This document shows, piece after piece, positions 53,940-63,516 of a stretch of DNA of 64,000 nt. The stretch covers positions 9,772 to 73,771 of the forward strand of contig DATDTF010000011.1 of NCBI GenBank assembly GCA_036517795.1. The letters run 5' to 3'. The translations under genes and the position numbers were made by a program. The notes beneath the pieces were generated by a model that saw nothing but the letters and a program-made list of their open reading frames with translations, had not been told where the DNA came from and searched no databases. This DNA comes from Minisyncoccota bacterium. Its GTDB lineage: Bacteria > Patescibacteriota > Minisyncoccia > 2-02-FULL-40-12 > IGHO2-12-FULL-4. How positions within the stretch are numbered: the stretch's first letter is position 1; the number at the start of each line of letters is the position of its first letter.

Positions 53940-54455
53940 TTATATTATTAGAGGTCGAATCACCACTCTTCTTTCCGGCTCTTCACCGATGCTCTCCGTT
54001 TCCAAATCCGGATGGGAAGCCAATTCAACGTGAATCAAGCGTCTTTCATAAGATGACATTGGATCCAAAGCTTCAGCTTTTTTGCTGACCTTGACCCTGT
54101 TTGCCACTTCCAAAGCCTTTTCTACCACCTGCTGTACTCGCAGCTTTCTATAGTCGTTAATATCAACCATAAAAGAGAAAGGTTTAGGAGACGGGGAAGT
54201 ATTTAAAAGTTTAGTTTTTTTGAAATACAGAAGTTTGATTATGTGTTCGACGGCCTTTATGTTCTGGCCGTTTTTTCCTATCAAAGCGCTCAAGTCTTCA
54301 TTCGAGCTGACGGCAACAACCTTCAGACTTTGATCTTTCTCATTAGAAAAAATATTCACACTTGTTTCATAGCCAAGTTTATCCAGAACGTCTTTGGCAA
54401 CGTTTTCTAAAATTACGGGCTTTTCGTCTATTTTTTCATTTAGATTTTCGTTCAT
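53940..54455 (-). CDS. jag: Jag/KhpB RNA-binding protein (KH + R3H)
   Basis: 171 aa downstream of yidC. R3H-like C-terminus (EPERRVVIRP). Confidence 0.6.
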   Translation of the reverse strand: MNENLNEKIDEKPVILENVAKDVLDKLGYETSVNIFSNEKDQSLKVVAVSSNEDLSALIGKNGQNIKAVEHIIKLLYFKKTKLLNTSPSPKPFSFMVDINDYRKLRVQQVVEKALEVANRVKVSKKAEALDPMSSYERRLIHVELASHPDLETESIGEEPERRVVIRPLII

Positions 54456-54464
54456 TTTAGTAAC

Positions 54465-55199
54465 CTAGCTCGGCAAATTGGGAAATTTTTTGTTTATATA
54501 TAACTGTTCAAACATTGAAAACAAAGTGGTAACCGCCCAATATAAAACAAGTCCGGCTGGCAACTTCCAGCCAATAATTATAATCATAATTGGGAAAAAA
54601 TACAACATTTGCTTATTCATTGCCCCCATGCCAAAACTATCTTTTAAAGCCTCTTTGGAGCCAGAATCTGCCGTTTGTCCTTGCTTTGCAAAACTAAGCT
54701 TGGAGTGAAAAAACTGAAAAGCGCCGGAAATAACGGCCAAAGCCGGGCTGTTTTTTGACAAATCAAAAAAACCGAAAGAGATGCTGTTTATGGTATCGGG
54801 GTTTTTTATAAAACCGTAGAGCAGACCCAAACTCTCCGGCTTAAAGCCGTTGGCAAAAGCTCTATACAAAGCGAACAACACGGGAAGCTGGATTATGAGA
54901 GGTAAACAACCGGAAGCCGGATTAACTTTATTTTCTTTGTAGAGAGCCATGACTGCTTGGGCTTGGGCTGCCTTATCGTCTTTGTACTTCATCTGCAACT
55001 CCTTAATTTTCGGCTGAAGCCTAGCCATCAGTTTTTGTGAACGCAAAGCTTTGACAGACAGCGGCATGAAAATCAATCTTACCAATAATGTCAAAACTAT
55101 TATTGCCAAACCGAAGTCGGACCCTGGAATCAGGTTGTAGATAAAAACTAAAAAATTAAATATTGGTCTGTATAAAGCCTCGTTAAAAATGGTTGACAT
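54465..55199 (-). CDS. yidC: membrane protein insertase YidC/Oxa1 (short form)
   Basis: 244 aa, 5 TM. Conserved position in the rpmH-rnpA-yidD-yidC-jag block. Confidence 0.8.
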   Translation of the reverse strand: MSTIFNEALYRPIFNFLVFIYNLIPGSDFGLAIIVLTLLVRLIFMPLSVKALRSQKLMARLQPKIKELQMKYKDDKAAQAQAVMALYKENKVNPASGCLPLIIQLPVLFALYRAFANGFKPESLGLLYGFIKNPDTINSISFGFFDLSKNSPALAVISGAFQFFHSKLSFAKQGQTADSGSKEALKDSFGMGAMNKQMLYFFPIMIIIIGWKLPAGLVLYWAVTTLFSMFEQLYINKKFPNLPS

Positions 55200-55200
55200 A

Positions 55201-55458
55201 TTAAATCAAGTCTTGGCCGCCCAAAGGATGGCACTTGCTTATTCTTTTTAAACTTAAAATTGAGCCCTTAATCAAACCCTGCTCTTGAATAGCTTCAGTA
55301 AAATAATCAGAGCAGGTAGGATAAAATCGGCAGCTTGTCGGAAAAAAAAGATGAGGAGACACTGCCAACAAATAAGAAAAGTTTCTTTTATAAACTCTTG
55401 TCACTTCTTGCAATATCTTAACGAACAGTTTGTTGTTTAAAATTTTATTAGACATCAC
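55201..55458 (-). CDS. yidD: membrane protein insertion efficiency factor YidD
   Basis: [10 protein letters not shown]...CHPLGGQD motif. Confidence 0.7.
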   Translation of the reverse strand: MMSNKILNNKLFVKILQEVTRVYKRNFSYLLAVSPHLFFPTSCRFYPTCSDYFTEAIQEQGLIKGSILSLKRISKCHPLGGQDLI

Positions 55459-55467
55459 TTAACAGAG

Positions 55468-55809
55468 CTAGACAATATTGGCTTTTCTAAAAATTTCTAA
55501 TAGACTCTCTTTGGCTTCCGAAAATTTATTTTCTTTGAGGCTTGATTGGATGACGACAACGACATCAACATGTACTTTACAAAAAGTAAAAACTGACGCC
55601 AAAACACTAAAAACAATTCTTTTAACCTTATTCCGCAAAACTGCGTTTTGAATAAATTTTGATGGAACTATTACAGCTCCCCGGCAAAACGAAAAACTGT
55701 TTTTAGATACTTTCACCAGCAATAAATGACTTCTAAAACTTCTGCCTGCTTTAAAAATCCGATCTAAATCTTTTTTGCTCTTGATTCTGTGCTTTTTAGA
55801 TAGAGCCAT
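55468..55809 (-). CDS. rnpA: ribonuclease P protein component
   Basis: 113 aa, basic. Located between rpmH and yidD. Confidence 0.75.
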   Translation of the reverse strand: MALSKKHRIKSKKDLDRIFKAGRSFRSHLLLVKVSKNSFSFCRGAVIVPSKFIQNAVLRNKVKRIVFSVLASVFTFCKVHVDVVVVIQSSLKENKFSEAKESLLEIFRKANIV

Positions 55810-55821
55810 GTCATTTTCAGC

Positions 55822-55959
55822 TTAAACAGTAAGCTTGTGCCGGCCTTTGCGTCGGCGTCTTAACAGCACTTTTCGCCCTGATTTTTTCTGTGATCTTTTC
55901 AAAAATCCGTGCTTGTTTTTCCTCTTTTTGGTTTTAGGACGATATAATGTTGATTTCAT
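55822..55959 (-). CDS. rpmH: 50S ribosomal protein L34
   Basis: Not in the ORF track (45 aa). Manual translation gives MKSTLYRPKTKKRKNKHGFLKRSQKKSGRKVLLRRRRKGRHKLTV. Confidence 0.85.
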   Translation of the reverse strand: MKSTLYRPKTKKRKNKHGFLKRSQKKSGRKVLLRRRRKGRHKLTV

Positions 55960-55981
55960 ATAAGTAATATATACTATTCTG

Positions 55982-56092
55982 CCGATATTGCAATTTGCCG
56001 AGTTTTCACACTACCAGCTGGGATTAGGTAATTAGTGACCGCTGACAACGTCGGGCTCGTGAAATTCAAAAAGTTCAATATCGGCATTGGGG
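55982..56092. repeat. MITE-like element, full-length copy between rpmH and dnaA
   Basis: ccgatattgcaatttgccgag...cagctggga...ttcaatatcggcattgggg. Same terminal inverted repeats and central CAGCTGGGA as the 52687 copy. Confidence 0.65.
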
Positions 56093-56206
56093 CGGTCATC
56101 CACTTTTTATAAACAATTTATAAACTAAAGCACTCTGTTTTTAAGTCTGCCTGTTTATCTTAGAATTAGGGAAGAATAAATAATGAGCAACGATAATTAA
56201 TTAACT

Positions 56207-56243
56207 CCCGACATTGACACTGCCGAACTTTAGCACCGTCAAC
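56207..56243. repeat. MITE 5'-half solo copy
   Basis: cccgacattgacactgccgaactttagcaccgtcaac. Confidence 0.5.
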
Positions 56244-56271
56244 TAGAAGAAAGTAATTAGGAAAAACAAAT

Positions 56272-57636
56272 ATGACCAAAGAAGAATTATGGAAAGCTGT
56301 TTTGGGAGAGATGGAGCTTTCTCTTTCCAAAGCCAACTTTACCACCTGGTTTAAAAACACTTCCATATTAGCCAATGAGGGGGTTTTGGTCATAGTCGGA
56401 GTCCCTAACGGATTCATCAAAGAATGGTTAGAAAACAAATTCCATAAACAGATACTGACTTCTATACAAACTTTTTCTCCGGAAATTAGAGAAATTAAAT
56501 ACACCATCGGCAACAGTTTACCCCAATCAACTATCAAAAAGGATTTTTCTCAATTCATTACAGAACGGGTGTTTGAAAACAAACAACCTGCCGATATTAA
56601 TCCCCAAACGAATTTAAACAAAAAATATTCTTTTGACTCTTTTATCGTCGGTTCTCACAATGAGTTGGCTCATGCCGCAAGCTCGGCTGTAGCCAAAAAT
56701 CTCGGTAAGGCTTATAACCCTCTGTTTATTTACGGTGGAGTCGGTTTAGGAAAAACTCATTTATTACAAGCTACCGGCAACAAGATTCTGGAAGACGACC
56801 CGACCAAAAAAGTCCTTTATATTCCTTCAGAAAGAATTACGGCTGAAATTGTTGAGTCTGTAAGAAATAAAAATGTTGAAGAACTTAAAAGTAGGTATGC
56901 AAAACTGGACATGCTTATTGTTGACGATATTCAGTTCATAGCCGGAAAAGAAAAAACTCAAGATATCTTTTTTGCAACCTTTAATGAGCTGTATGGGAAG
57001 AACAAGCAGATCATCTTATCATCAGATAGGCCGCCTAAAGCAATACCTGCATTGGAAGAAAGACTTAGATCCCGTTTTGAAGGGGGAATGATTGCCGATA
57101 TAAACATACCCGACTTTGAAACGAGACTGGCTATTTTGAAGCTAAAAACTAAACAAAAGGATATTATTTTAGATGAAAATGTCCTGGGTTACATAGCAAC
57201 AAATATACAAAAAAATATAAGAGAACTGGAAGGCGCTTTAAACAGAATTATTGCTGTAAGCCAGATTTATAACAAAACTCTGGATGTTAAAGAGGTTAAA
57301 AAACTGCTGGCGACTTACTTGAGTACACCCTATAAAAAAACTACACCTCAATTGATTTTAAAGTCAGTTTCTGACTTCTACAATATTTCGCCAAGCGATT
57401 TAATAAAAAGAAGCCGCAAGAAAGAGGTGGTAAGACCCAGACAGATTGCCATGTATTTATTGAGAGAAGAAACCAAATCGTCTTTTCCGGAAATCGGTCA
57501 GAAGTTAGGAGGTAGAGACCACTCCACAGTAATTCATGCTTATGAAAAAGTAAAAACAGAAGAAGAAACGGATGAAATTACAAAACAAGAGATTGTTTTA
57601 ATCAAAGAAAGAATATATCAATCCTTTGATAAATAA
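56272..57636 (+). CDS. dnaA: chromosomal replication initiator DnaA
   Basis: AAA+ Walker A GGVGLGKTHLL. DnaA N-terminus. C-terminal DNA-binding domain (RPRQIAMYL..GGRDHSTV). Confidence 0.9.
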   Translation: MTKEELWKAVLGEMELSLSKANFTTWFKNTSILANEGVLVIVGVPNGFIKEWLENKFHKQILTSIQTFSPEIREIKYTIGNSLPQSTIKKDFSQFITERVFENKQPADINPQTNLNKKYSFDSFIVGSHNELAHAASSAVAKNLGKAYNPLFIYGGVGLGKTHLLQATGNKILEDDPTKKVLYIPSERITAEIVESVRNKNVEELKSRYAKLDMLIVDDIQFIAGKEKTQDIFFATFNELYGKNKQIILSSDRPPKAIPALEERLRSRFEGGMIADINIPDFETRLAILKLKTKQKDIILDENVLGYIATNIQKNIRELEGALNRIIAVSQIYNKTLDVKEVKKLLATYLSTPYKKTTPQLILKSVSDFYNISPSDLIKRSRKKEVVRPRQIAMYLLREETKSSFPEIGQKLGGRDHSTVIHAYEKVKTEEETDEITKQEIVLIKERIYQSFDK

Positions 57637-57884
57637 GTTAAAATAATTGTTGATAAGGTTGTTAACATTTTTGGGATTACTGGATGACAGTTTGAGTACA
57701 ACTTTCAACTTACAAATATTTTTTGAAAGTTAAGCTATTTTTCTACCAAGGTTATTAAATCTTTATCAACAGTATTTCCTATAAATAAAATATGAAAAAG
57801 ATTTTATTTATCAATGTTTTCTAACTGTTATCCACAATTATTGCTATCTTAATAATAGTAATAATAAATCTTTATCTAATTATT
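57637..57884. promoter_or_regulatory. probable oriC (DnaA boxes plus AT-rich unwinding element) in the dnaA-dnaN spacer
   Basis: Perfect TTATCCACA at 57828-57836. TTATCAACA-type boxes near 57652 and 57771. Long A/T tracts (aataatagtaataataaatctttatctaattattatgattat). Confidence 0.5.
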
Positions 57885-58976
57885 ATGATTATTACAGTCA
57901 ATCAAAAAAACCTTAAAAGAAGTCTGACTTTGGTGGAAAGAATTGTTTCCAAGAATCTTACTTTACCGGTACTCCAAAATATTGTTCTAAAAACAGAAAA
58001 CGGAAGACTAAAAATATCATCAACTAATCTTGAAATTGGGATGAATTCTTGGATTGGAGCAAAAATTGAAGAGGAGGGAGAGATAGCAGTGCCGGCAAAA
58101 GTGTTTTCTGACTTTATTGACAATATACAGGATGAAAAAATAACCATAAATTCCAAAGAACATGTTATTTCAATAAACTCTGACAGTTATAAAACTAAAA
58201 TTATTGGTTTTTCGGCCAAAGACTTTCCAATCATACCAAGGGTAAAAGAAAACAGTTTTATCAAAATTCCGTCACAAGAATTTTTAGAGATACTGTTGAC
58301 CGTTATTGATTCGGTTTCTTTGTCAGAAAGCAGGCCGGAGCTGTCAGGTATTTTAATTAATTTTTCTGCTGACAAAATTGAAGGGGCGGCAACTGACAGT
58401 TTCAGATTGGCCGAAAAAGTTTTAAATATAAAAAATAGCAAACCAGAACAAAGCATCATTCTTCCAAGAGTAACGGCACAAGAGTTGATCAGAATTCTTC
58501 CGGGACTAGAAAATATTTCTATTTCAATTTCAGACAATCAGATATTTTTTGTTTCTGAAGATTTGGAAATTGTTTCAAGATTGATAGACGGTTCTTATCC
58601 AGATTATAAAAAAGTCATACCGGAAAGGCGGATATCAAGAGTACTCGTAAAAAAAGAAGAAATTGAAAAAAGCGTGCGTTTAGCTGGAGTTTTTTCGTCT
58701 CACATTTCCGATATTAAAATAAATGGGGAAAGCGAGGGTTTGAGAATTGCCGCCAAAAATACTGACAAAGGAGAAGCTTCTTCATGGATTAGCAGCGCCA
58801 TTGTCAAAGATGAACCTTTTGAGGTAATGGTAAATTACAGATACTTAATGGATGGTTTAAAAATTATTCCCACAGAAAATATAGTTTTAGAGTTTACAGG
58901 AGAAGGCAATCCTTTAATTATAAGACCAGAAGAAAGAAAAGATATTACTTACTTGATTATGCCTTTGAGAAACTAA
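57885..58976 (+). CDS. dnaN: DNA polymerase III beta sliding clamp
   Basis: 363 aa directly after dnaA. Three-domain clamp size and pattern. Confidence 0.85.
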   Translation: MIITVNQKNLKRSLTLVERIVSKNLTLPVLQNIVLKTENGRLKISSTNLEIGMNSWIGAKIEEEGEIAVPAKVFSDFIDNIQDEKITINSKEHVISINSDSYKTKIIGFSAKDFPIIPRVKENSFIKIPSQEFLEILLTVIDSVSLSESRPELSGILINFSADKIEGAATDSFRLAEKVLNIKNSKPEQSIILPRVTAQELIRILPGLENISISISDNQIFFVSEDLEIVSRLIDGSYPDYKKVIPERRISRVLVKKEEIEKSVRLAGVFSSHISDIKINGESEGLRIAAKNTDKGEASSWISSAIVKDEPFEVMVNYRYLMDGLKIIPTENIVLEFTGEGNPLIIRPEERKDITYLIMPLRN

Positions 58977-58999
58977 GGTTTTTTCTGACCGCAACTTAT

Positions 59000-59284
59000 A
59001 TGGAACTTTTGAAAAAAAGATTTAGCAGTTTAAAAAAAGATTTAGAAGAGAGAACTAAACAGGATAGAATTTTTAGAGAATTATTTAAACAAACATTAAT
59101 AAAAATTTTTAACACAGATAAAAATTTAAAATATGTTAAAAATTTTTATTTAAAATCTAATTTGGTTTTTTTGGAAACAAAAAATAAATCTTTTGCACAG
59201 GAAGTAAGTTTAAGAGAGGCTGAAATTATCAAACAGGTCAATCAAAAATTTATTTTTGCGATAAAAAGAATCGTTATAAAATAA
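59000..59284 (+). CDS. small Lys-rich protein, possibly DUF721/DciA-like
   Basis: 94 aa immediately after dnaN. Weak similarity to DUF721 C-terminal pattern (LVFLETKNKSFAQEVSL). Speculative. Confidence 0.25.
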   Translation: MELLKKRFSSLKKDLEERTKQDRIFRELFKQTLIKIFNTDKNLKYVKNFYLKSNLVFLETKNKSFAQEVSLREAEIIKQVNQKFIFAIKRIVIK

Positions 59285-59290
59285 ACCCAA

Positions 59291-61390
59291 TTAATTAGCA
59301 GGTGGTCCGAAGTTTTTTCTGACTGTTTCTTCCCAGTTTTTAAATTGGGGATCTTGATAAGGATCTGAAGGAAAATCTCCTCTGGGGTCGTTCTTTTTTG
59401 AGTAGTATAAAATGCTGTGTATGTCTTTTGAGTCTCCCGTGTTTATTGGCAAGTAAGAACCATTAAGCATTATTTTATCTACTTCTATCGGATCCGGTTG
59501 TAAAAATTCTTCAGGGGTGCTTTCTTTTAGAGCTGTGGCCAGAAATTCGTGCCAAATAGGCCCGGAAGCAGAGATACCAGCACCTTGTTTAGTCATTGAG
59601 GTATTGTCGTTGTTACCGACCCAAACGCCTACGCTTAATGAGGGCGTGTATCCAAGAACCCAGGCATCCCTGTTTTCTTGAGTGGTTCCAGTTTTTGCGG
59701 CAACAGGCCTATCGGGGAAGTATAGGCTGCTGTTGGCGCCAAAAACAGCTGTACGCGACGAATTGTCAGAAAGGATACTGGTGATAGTTCTTGCTATTTG
59801 GGATTCAATCACCCTTTCTTCTTTCGGTTTGTATTCTTCTAAAATATTTCCTTCAGAATCTTCTATTTTTAGTATTAAAGCGGGGGATTGACGTATTCCG
59901 TCGTTAGCGAATGTCCCATAAGCGGAAACCATATCAATTAGCTTTACTTCGGCTCCTCCTAAAACCAAAGATAATCCAAAATTTTTACGGTTTTCCTCAA
60001 GCGTAGAAATGCCTATTCTCTGGGCGAAGTTAATTGTGTCGTCTATCCCGGCCAAATATAGTGTTTTTACGGAAGGCACATTGAGAGATTGGGCTAGGGC
60101 TTGGCGCATTGTTACCGGACCCCTGAACCTTGCATCATAGTTTTGTGGATGATAACAATCCAACCCGAACGAGTCTTTTTCCTGACTGCTGTCGGCGAGG
60201 CATTGAGGATTAAATTCCGTTTTAAGATCAAAAAGTATGGTTGAGTCGGTATATCCTTTTTCTATCGCTACGGCGTAAGCGAAGGGCTTAAAAGACGATC
60301 CAGGTTGGCGTCTTGCCGTTGCAACGTTAAAGTTACCTTCATTGGCCAAGTCGAAGTAGTCTCTTGAACCAACCATCGCAAGAACATGGCCTGTACGAGG
60401 ATTTATCGCCGTTAAGGCGGCGTTCTTTGCTTTGTACTGCTTTTCGTTTTTTTCCGCATGGCTACTTATTGCTTGTTCAGCGATTCCTTGGAGATTGTAA
60501 TCAAGGGTGGTAAATATTTTTAGTCCGCCATTTTCTACCATTTCTTCTCCGTATTTTTTTATCAAATAGTCTTTTACTAAAATAACAAAATGCGGAGCTA
60601 TGATGTTTTCACGCGAAGGCTTAAAACTAAGTTTTTCGTTGATTGCAGTGTTATGTTGGTTTTCATCAACATAACCAAGAAGGAGCATTTTTTCTAAGAT
60701 ACCGTTTTTTCTTTTCAGCGCTTCGTCCAGATGCTCGCCGTAAGGAGAATAGTAAGAAGGTGCTTTGGGCAAGGCGGCCAGCAAAGCGGCTTCAGCGAGA
60801 GAGATACTATTTGCTTGTTTCCCAAAAAAAGTTTGGCTGGCCGCTTCGACGCCGTAAGAGTTAGAACCATAAGGTATCTGGTTCAGATACATCCAGAAAA
60901 TCTGGTCTTTTGAAAATTTACGCTCTATTTCTATTGAAAGTAACGCTTCTTTGATTTTTCTTGATGTAACGGAAAAAAAGTTTTGACGCTGGTCGCCGAG
61001 CAGAGCATTTTTTATCAGTTGCTGGGTAATTGTTGAACCGCCTTGGGAAATTCTAAATTCAGTAAGGTTTTTTATAAAAGCTCGGATAATTCCCTTAAAG
61101 TCCAGACCTTGGTGGGAATAAAAAGAAGAATCTTCCGAAGCCAATGTGGCGAGTTTTATATTTTCAGGCATTCTTTCCCAAGGGACGATAGTTCTTTTTT
61201 CTTCGCCGTGAATATCATACAAAACAGTATTGCCGGTTCTGTCATAAATCTTGGTAGATTCACTGACCCTTCTTGAGATTATGGTTTCAGGATCTGGCAG
61301 GTCCTTTGCCACATACAAAAACAAGGCGGTAGTCAAGACAAGCCCGATTATCAGCAGCAAAAAAAGGGTAAGTAAAAAAGATTTAAACAT
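59291..61390 (-). CDS. class A penicillin-binding protein (second copy)
   Basis: N-terminal TM. GT51 motifs (ASEDSSFYSHQGLD). Transpeptidase SSFK and KTGT. Confidence 0.8.
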   Translation of the reverse strand: MFKSFLLTLFLLLIIGLVLTTALFLYVAKDLPDPETIISRRVSESTKIYDRTGNTVLYDIHGEEKRTIVPWERMPENIKLATLASEDSSFYSHQGLDFKGIIRAFIKNLTEFRISQGGSTITQQLIKNALLGDQRQNFFSVTSRKIKEALLSIEIERKFSKDQIFWMYLNQIPYGSNSYGVEAASQTFFGKQANSISLAEAALLAALPKAPSYYSPYGEHLDEALKRKNGILEKMLLLGYVDENQHNTAINEKLSFKPSRENIIAPHFVILVKDYLIKKYGEEMVENGGLKIFTTLDYNLQGIAEQAISSHAEKNEKQYKAKNAALTAINPRTGHVLAMVGSRDYFDLANEGNFNVATARRQPGSSFKPFAYAVAIEKGYTDSTILFDLKTEFNPQCLADSSQEKDSFGLDCYHPQNYDARFRGPVTMRQALAQSLNVPSVKTLYLAGIDDTINFAQRIGISTLEENRKNFGLSLVLGGAEVKLIDMVSAYGTFANDGIRQSPALILKIEDSEGNILEEYKPKEERVIESQIARTITSILSDNSSRTAVFGANSSLYFPDRPVAAKTGTTQENRDAWVLGYTPSLSVGVWVGNNDNTSMTKQGAGISASGPIWHEFLATALKESTPEEFLQPDPIEVDKIMLNGSYLPINTGDSKDIHSILYYSKKNDPRGDFPSDPYQDPQFKNWEETVRKNFGPPAN

Positions 61391-61403
61391 GTGGCACGAT
61401 AGT

Positions 61404-61470
61404 CAACCAACTTCCGATATTGCGCTGCCGAACTTTTGCGCTTTGGAAGTTAGGTAGCCAGTTAGATTTA
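61404..61470. repeat. composite dispersed repeat (MITE 5' end plus family-2 segment)
   Basis: caaccaacttccgatattgcgctgccgaacttttgcg followed by ctttggaagttaggtagcc. Confidence 0.5.
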
Positions 61471-61562
61471 AGCATTCGGTTATTTTGCCACAATTAAATG
61501 ACTTTTTCAATCTTCGTACTGAAGTATTTGAATAAAATAGAGCCAAAGGGTATTATTGGATT

Positions 61563-62771
61563 ATGGCGAAAGTTATTACCGATGAATCTAAAATTAATGA
61601 AGTTTTTGGAAGAAATATAGAAGCAGTTTTCCCTTCTGTGGATAAGGCTAAAGAAATTTTTAAGTCTGGACGCAGGCTGACTTTTTATCTGGGAATAGAC
61701 CCAACTGGTCCGGATATTCACTTAGGTCACACTACAAATCTTTTTGTTCTCAAGAAATTAATTAGTCTGGGACATAAAGTGATTTTGCTGATAGGAGACT
61801 TTACCGCTCAAACCGGCGATCCTACAGGCAAAGATACTGCCCGCAAATCTCTTTCGGTCAAGGAAGTTGAAGACAACATGAAGACTTATATAAAGCAGGT
61901 GATAAAAATCTTGCCCAAAGGTTCTTTTGAGTTGAAATACAACAGCAAGTGGCTTGGCAAACTGACATTTAATGAAATAAGAAAACTTGCCCGCCAGGTA
62001 ACTGTTCAACAAATGATTACTAGAGATATGTTTCAAAGGCGGCTAACTGAAAATAAACCAATATCATTGGAAGAATTTCTTTATCCCTTAATGCAGGGCT
62101 ATGATTCGGTTGCGATGAAAGTTGATGGCGAGGTTGGCGGTACCGACCAAACATTTAACATGATGGTCGGCCGAGATTTGGTTAAGTCGTTTCTAGGCAA
62201 GGACAAAATTGTCATTACCACGAAGTTGTTAGAAGATCCGGAGACGGGCAAAAAGTTAATGAGCAAAAGTGAAGGCCACTATGTTTCTCTTAACGATTCT
62301 CCACAAGAAATGTTCGGTCGGGTTATGTCTTTGACTGATAGTGCAATCTTGCCTTTATTTAAGTTTGCAACAGAACTCTCAGATCAGAAAATTGCTGAAA
62401 TTGAAGAGCGGCACAAAAATAGTGAGAACCCCAAAAAGCTGAAAGAAGAATTGTCTTTTGAGTTGGTTAAAATGTATCATGGCGAAAAAGAAGCTCAAAA
62501 AGCCAAGGAAGAATTTAGTAGAGTTTTTAGCCGTCATGAACCTCCCGAAAAAATGGAGGAGATTCAATGGAAAGGAGACATTTTAAACACAAGTTTTATT
62601 GCAGGCATTGTCGTTTCCAAAGGAGAAATCAAAAGACTTGTTGAGCAAGGAGCGGTAAGTTTGGACGATAAAGTTGTTGAAAATTGGAATGAAAATATGG
62701 AAATTAAAGAAGAGGGCTCGATTCTTAAAATAGGCCCAAGAAAATTTTATAAAGTAAAACCCAATAAATAA
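61563..62771 (+). CDS. tyrS: tyrosine--tRNA ligase
   Basis: HIGH motif (DIHLGHTTNL). KMSKS motif (KLMSKSEGH). C-terminal S4-like domain. Confidence 0.85.
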   Translation: MAKVITDESKINEVFGRNIEAVFPSVDKAKEIFKSGRRLTFYLGIDPTGPDIHLGHTTNLFVLKKLISLGHKVILLIGDFTAQTGDPTGKDTARKSLSVKEVEDNMKTYIKQVIKILPKGSFELKYNSKWLGKLTFNEIRKLARQVTVQQMITRDMFQRRLTENKPISLEEFLYPLMQGYDSVAMKVDGEVGGTDQTFNMMVGRDLVKSFLGKDKIVITTKLLEDPETGKKLMSKSEGHYVSLNDSPQEMFGRVMSLTDSAILPLFKFATELSDQKIAEIEERHKNSENPKKLKEELSFELVKMYHGEKEAQKAKEEFSRVFSRHEPPEKMEEIQWKGDILNTSFIAGIVVSKGEIKRLVEQGAVSLDDKVVENWNENMEIKEEGSILKIGPRKFYKVKPNK

Positions 62772-62774
62772 ATA

Positions 62775-62798
62775 ACCCCCCTAGGGGGGTTATTTATT
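62775..62798. terminator. bidirectional hairpin terminator
   Basis: AACCCCCCTAGGGGGGTT perfect palindrome flanked by A/T runs. Lies between tyrS (+) and the acidic ORF (-). Confidence 0.6.
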
Positions 62799-62992
62799 TA
62801 GTTGAGGGTGTCTTCTACTGCTTCAGCATCGCTATCATCCTTAGCTTCTTCGTTGTCGTCTTCTAAATCATCATCATCGTCATCTTCTTTTGGTTCAGCA
62901 GTGTCCTCTACAGGGTCTTGGACAAAGTTATTGTCTTCATCCAACTTCCATGTGTTTGTAATCATTTTGATTTTATTAATAAGTTTAGTCAT
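62798..62992 (-). CDS. small highly acidic protein (64 aa)
   Basis: ORF with about 45% Asp/Glu (DDDDDDLEDDNEEAKDDSDAEAVED). Has its own terminator. Function unknown. Confidence 0.3.
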   Translation of the reverse strand: MTKLINKIKMITNTWKLDEDNNFVQDPVEDTAEPKEDDDDDDLEDDNEEAKDDSDAEAVEDTLN

Positions 62993-63039
62993 ATACGACC
63001 TTGGGATATTGTATTCAAATAAAAATTTATGTCAACTTT

Positions 63040-63516
63040 TTATCCCCACTTTGTGGTATTAGCACAACAAATTGCTATTGCCAAAGCGTCGGCGGCATCG
63101 TCAGGTTGGGGTATTTCTTTTAGTCCCAAAATTAAACTAATGATTTTTTGAACTTGTTTTTTGTCAGCCCGGCCGTAATTAGAAACAGCCTGCTTGACTT
63201 GCAAAGGCGTGAATTCGCTTACTTCCACTCCAAGTTTTTGCAAAGCCAAGAGTATGACACCTTTTGTTTCGCTGACTCGGGTTATGGTCTTGGCATTTTT
63301 AAAAAAGAAGAGCTTTTCAATGCCGGCTTTGTCCGGCTGGTGTTTCTTTATAAGCTTCTCAAAAAAGTCATAAACAGAAGTAATGCGGTTGCTGGTTTCA
63401 GTTCCTGTCTGGACTCTAAAAACTCCATAGTCAAGGCAAAGCAGGCCCTTTGCTCCAGTTTCTACTACGCCGTAGCCTATGATTGTGGTTCCAGGGTCAA
63501 TCCCTAATATTTTCAT
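63040..63516 (-). CDS. ruvC: crossover junction endodeoxyribonuclease RuvC
   Basis: MKILGIDPGTTIIGYGVV N-terminus and RNase-H-like fold length. Confidence 0.85.
   Translation of the reverse strand: MKILGIDPGTTIIGYGVVETGAKGLLCLDYGVFRVQTGTETSNRITSVYDFFEKLIKKHQPDKAGIEKLFFFKNAKTITRVSETKGVILLALQKLGVEVSEFTPLQVKQAVSNYGRADKKQVQKIISLILGLKEIPQPDDAADALAIAICCANTTKWG

Noticed and set aside
61251-61457. 68 aa ORF containing SDIALPNF
   Set aside because: It is repeat-encoded, antisense to the PBP gene start region and intergenic. The same applies to 17691..18095 and the GTG-initiated first 36 codons of 22624..23058.
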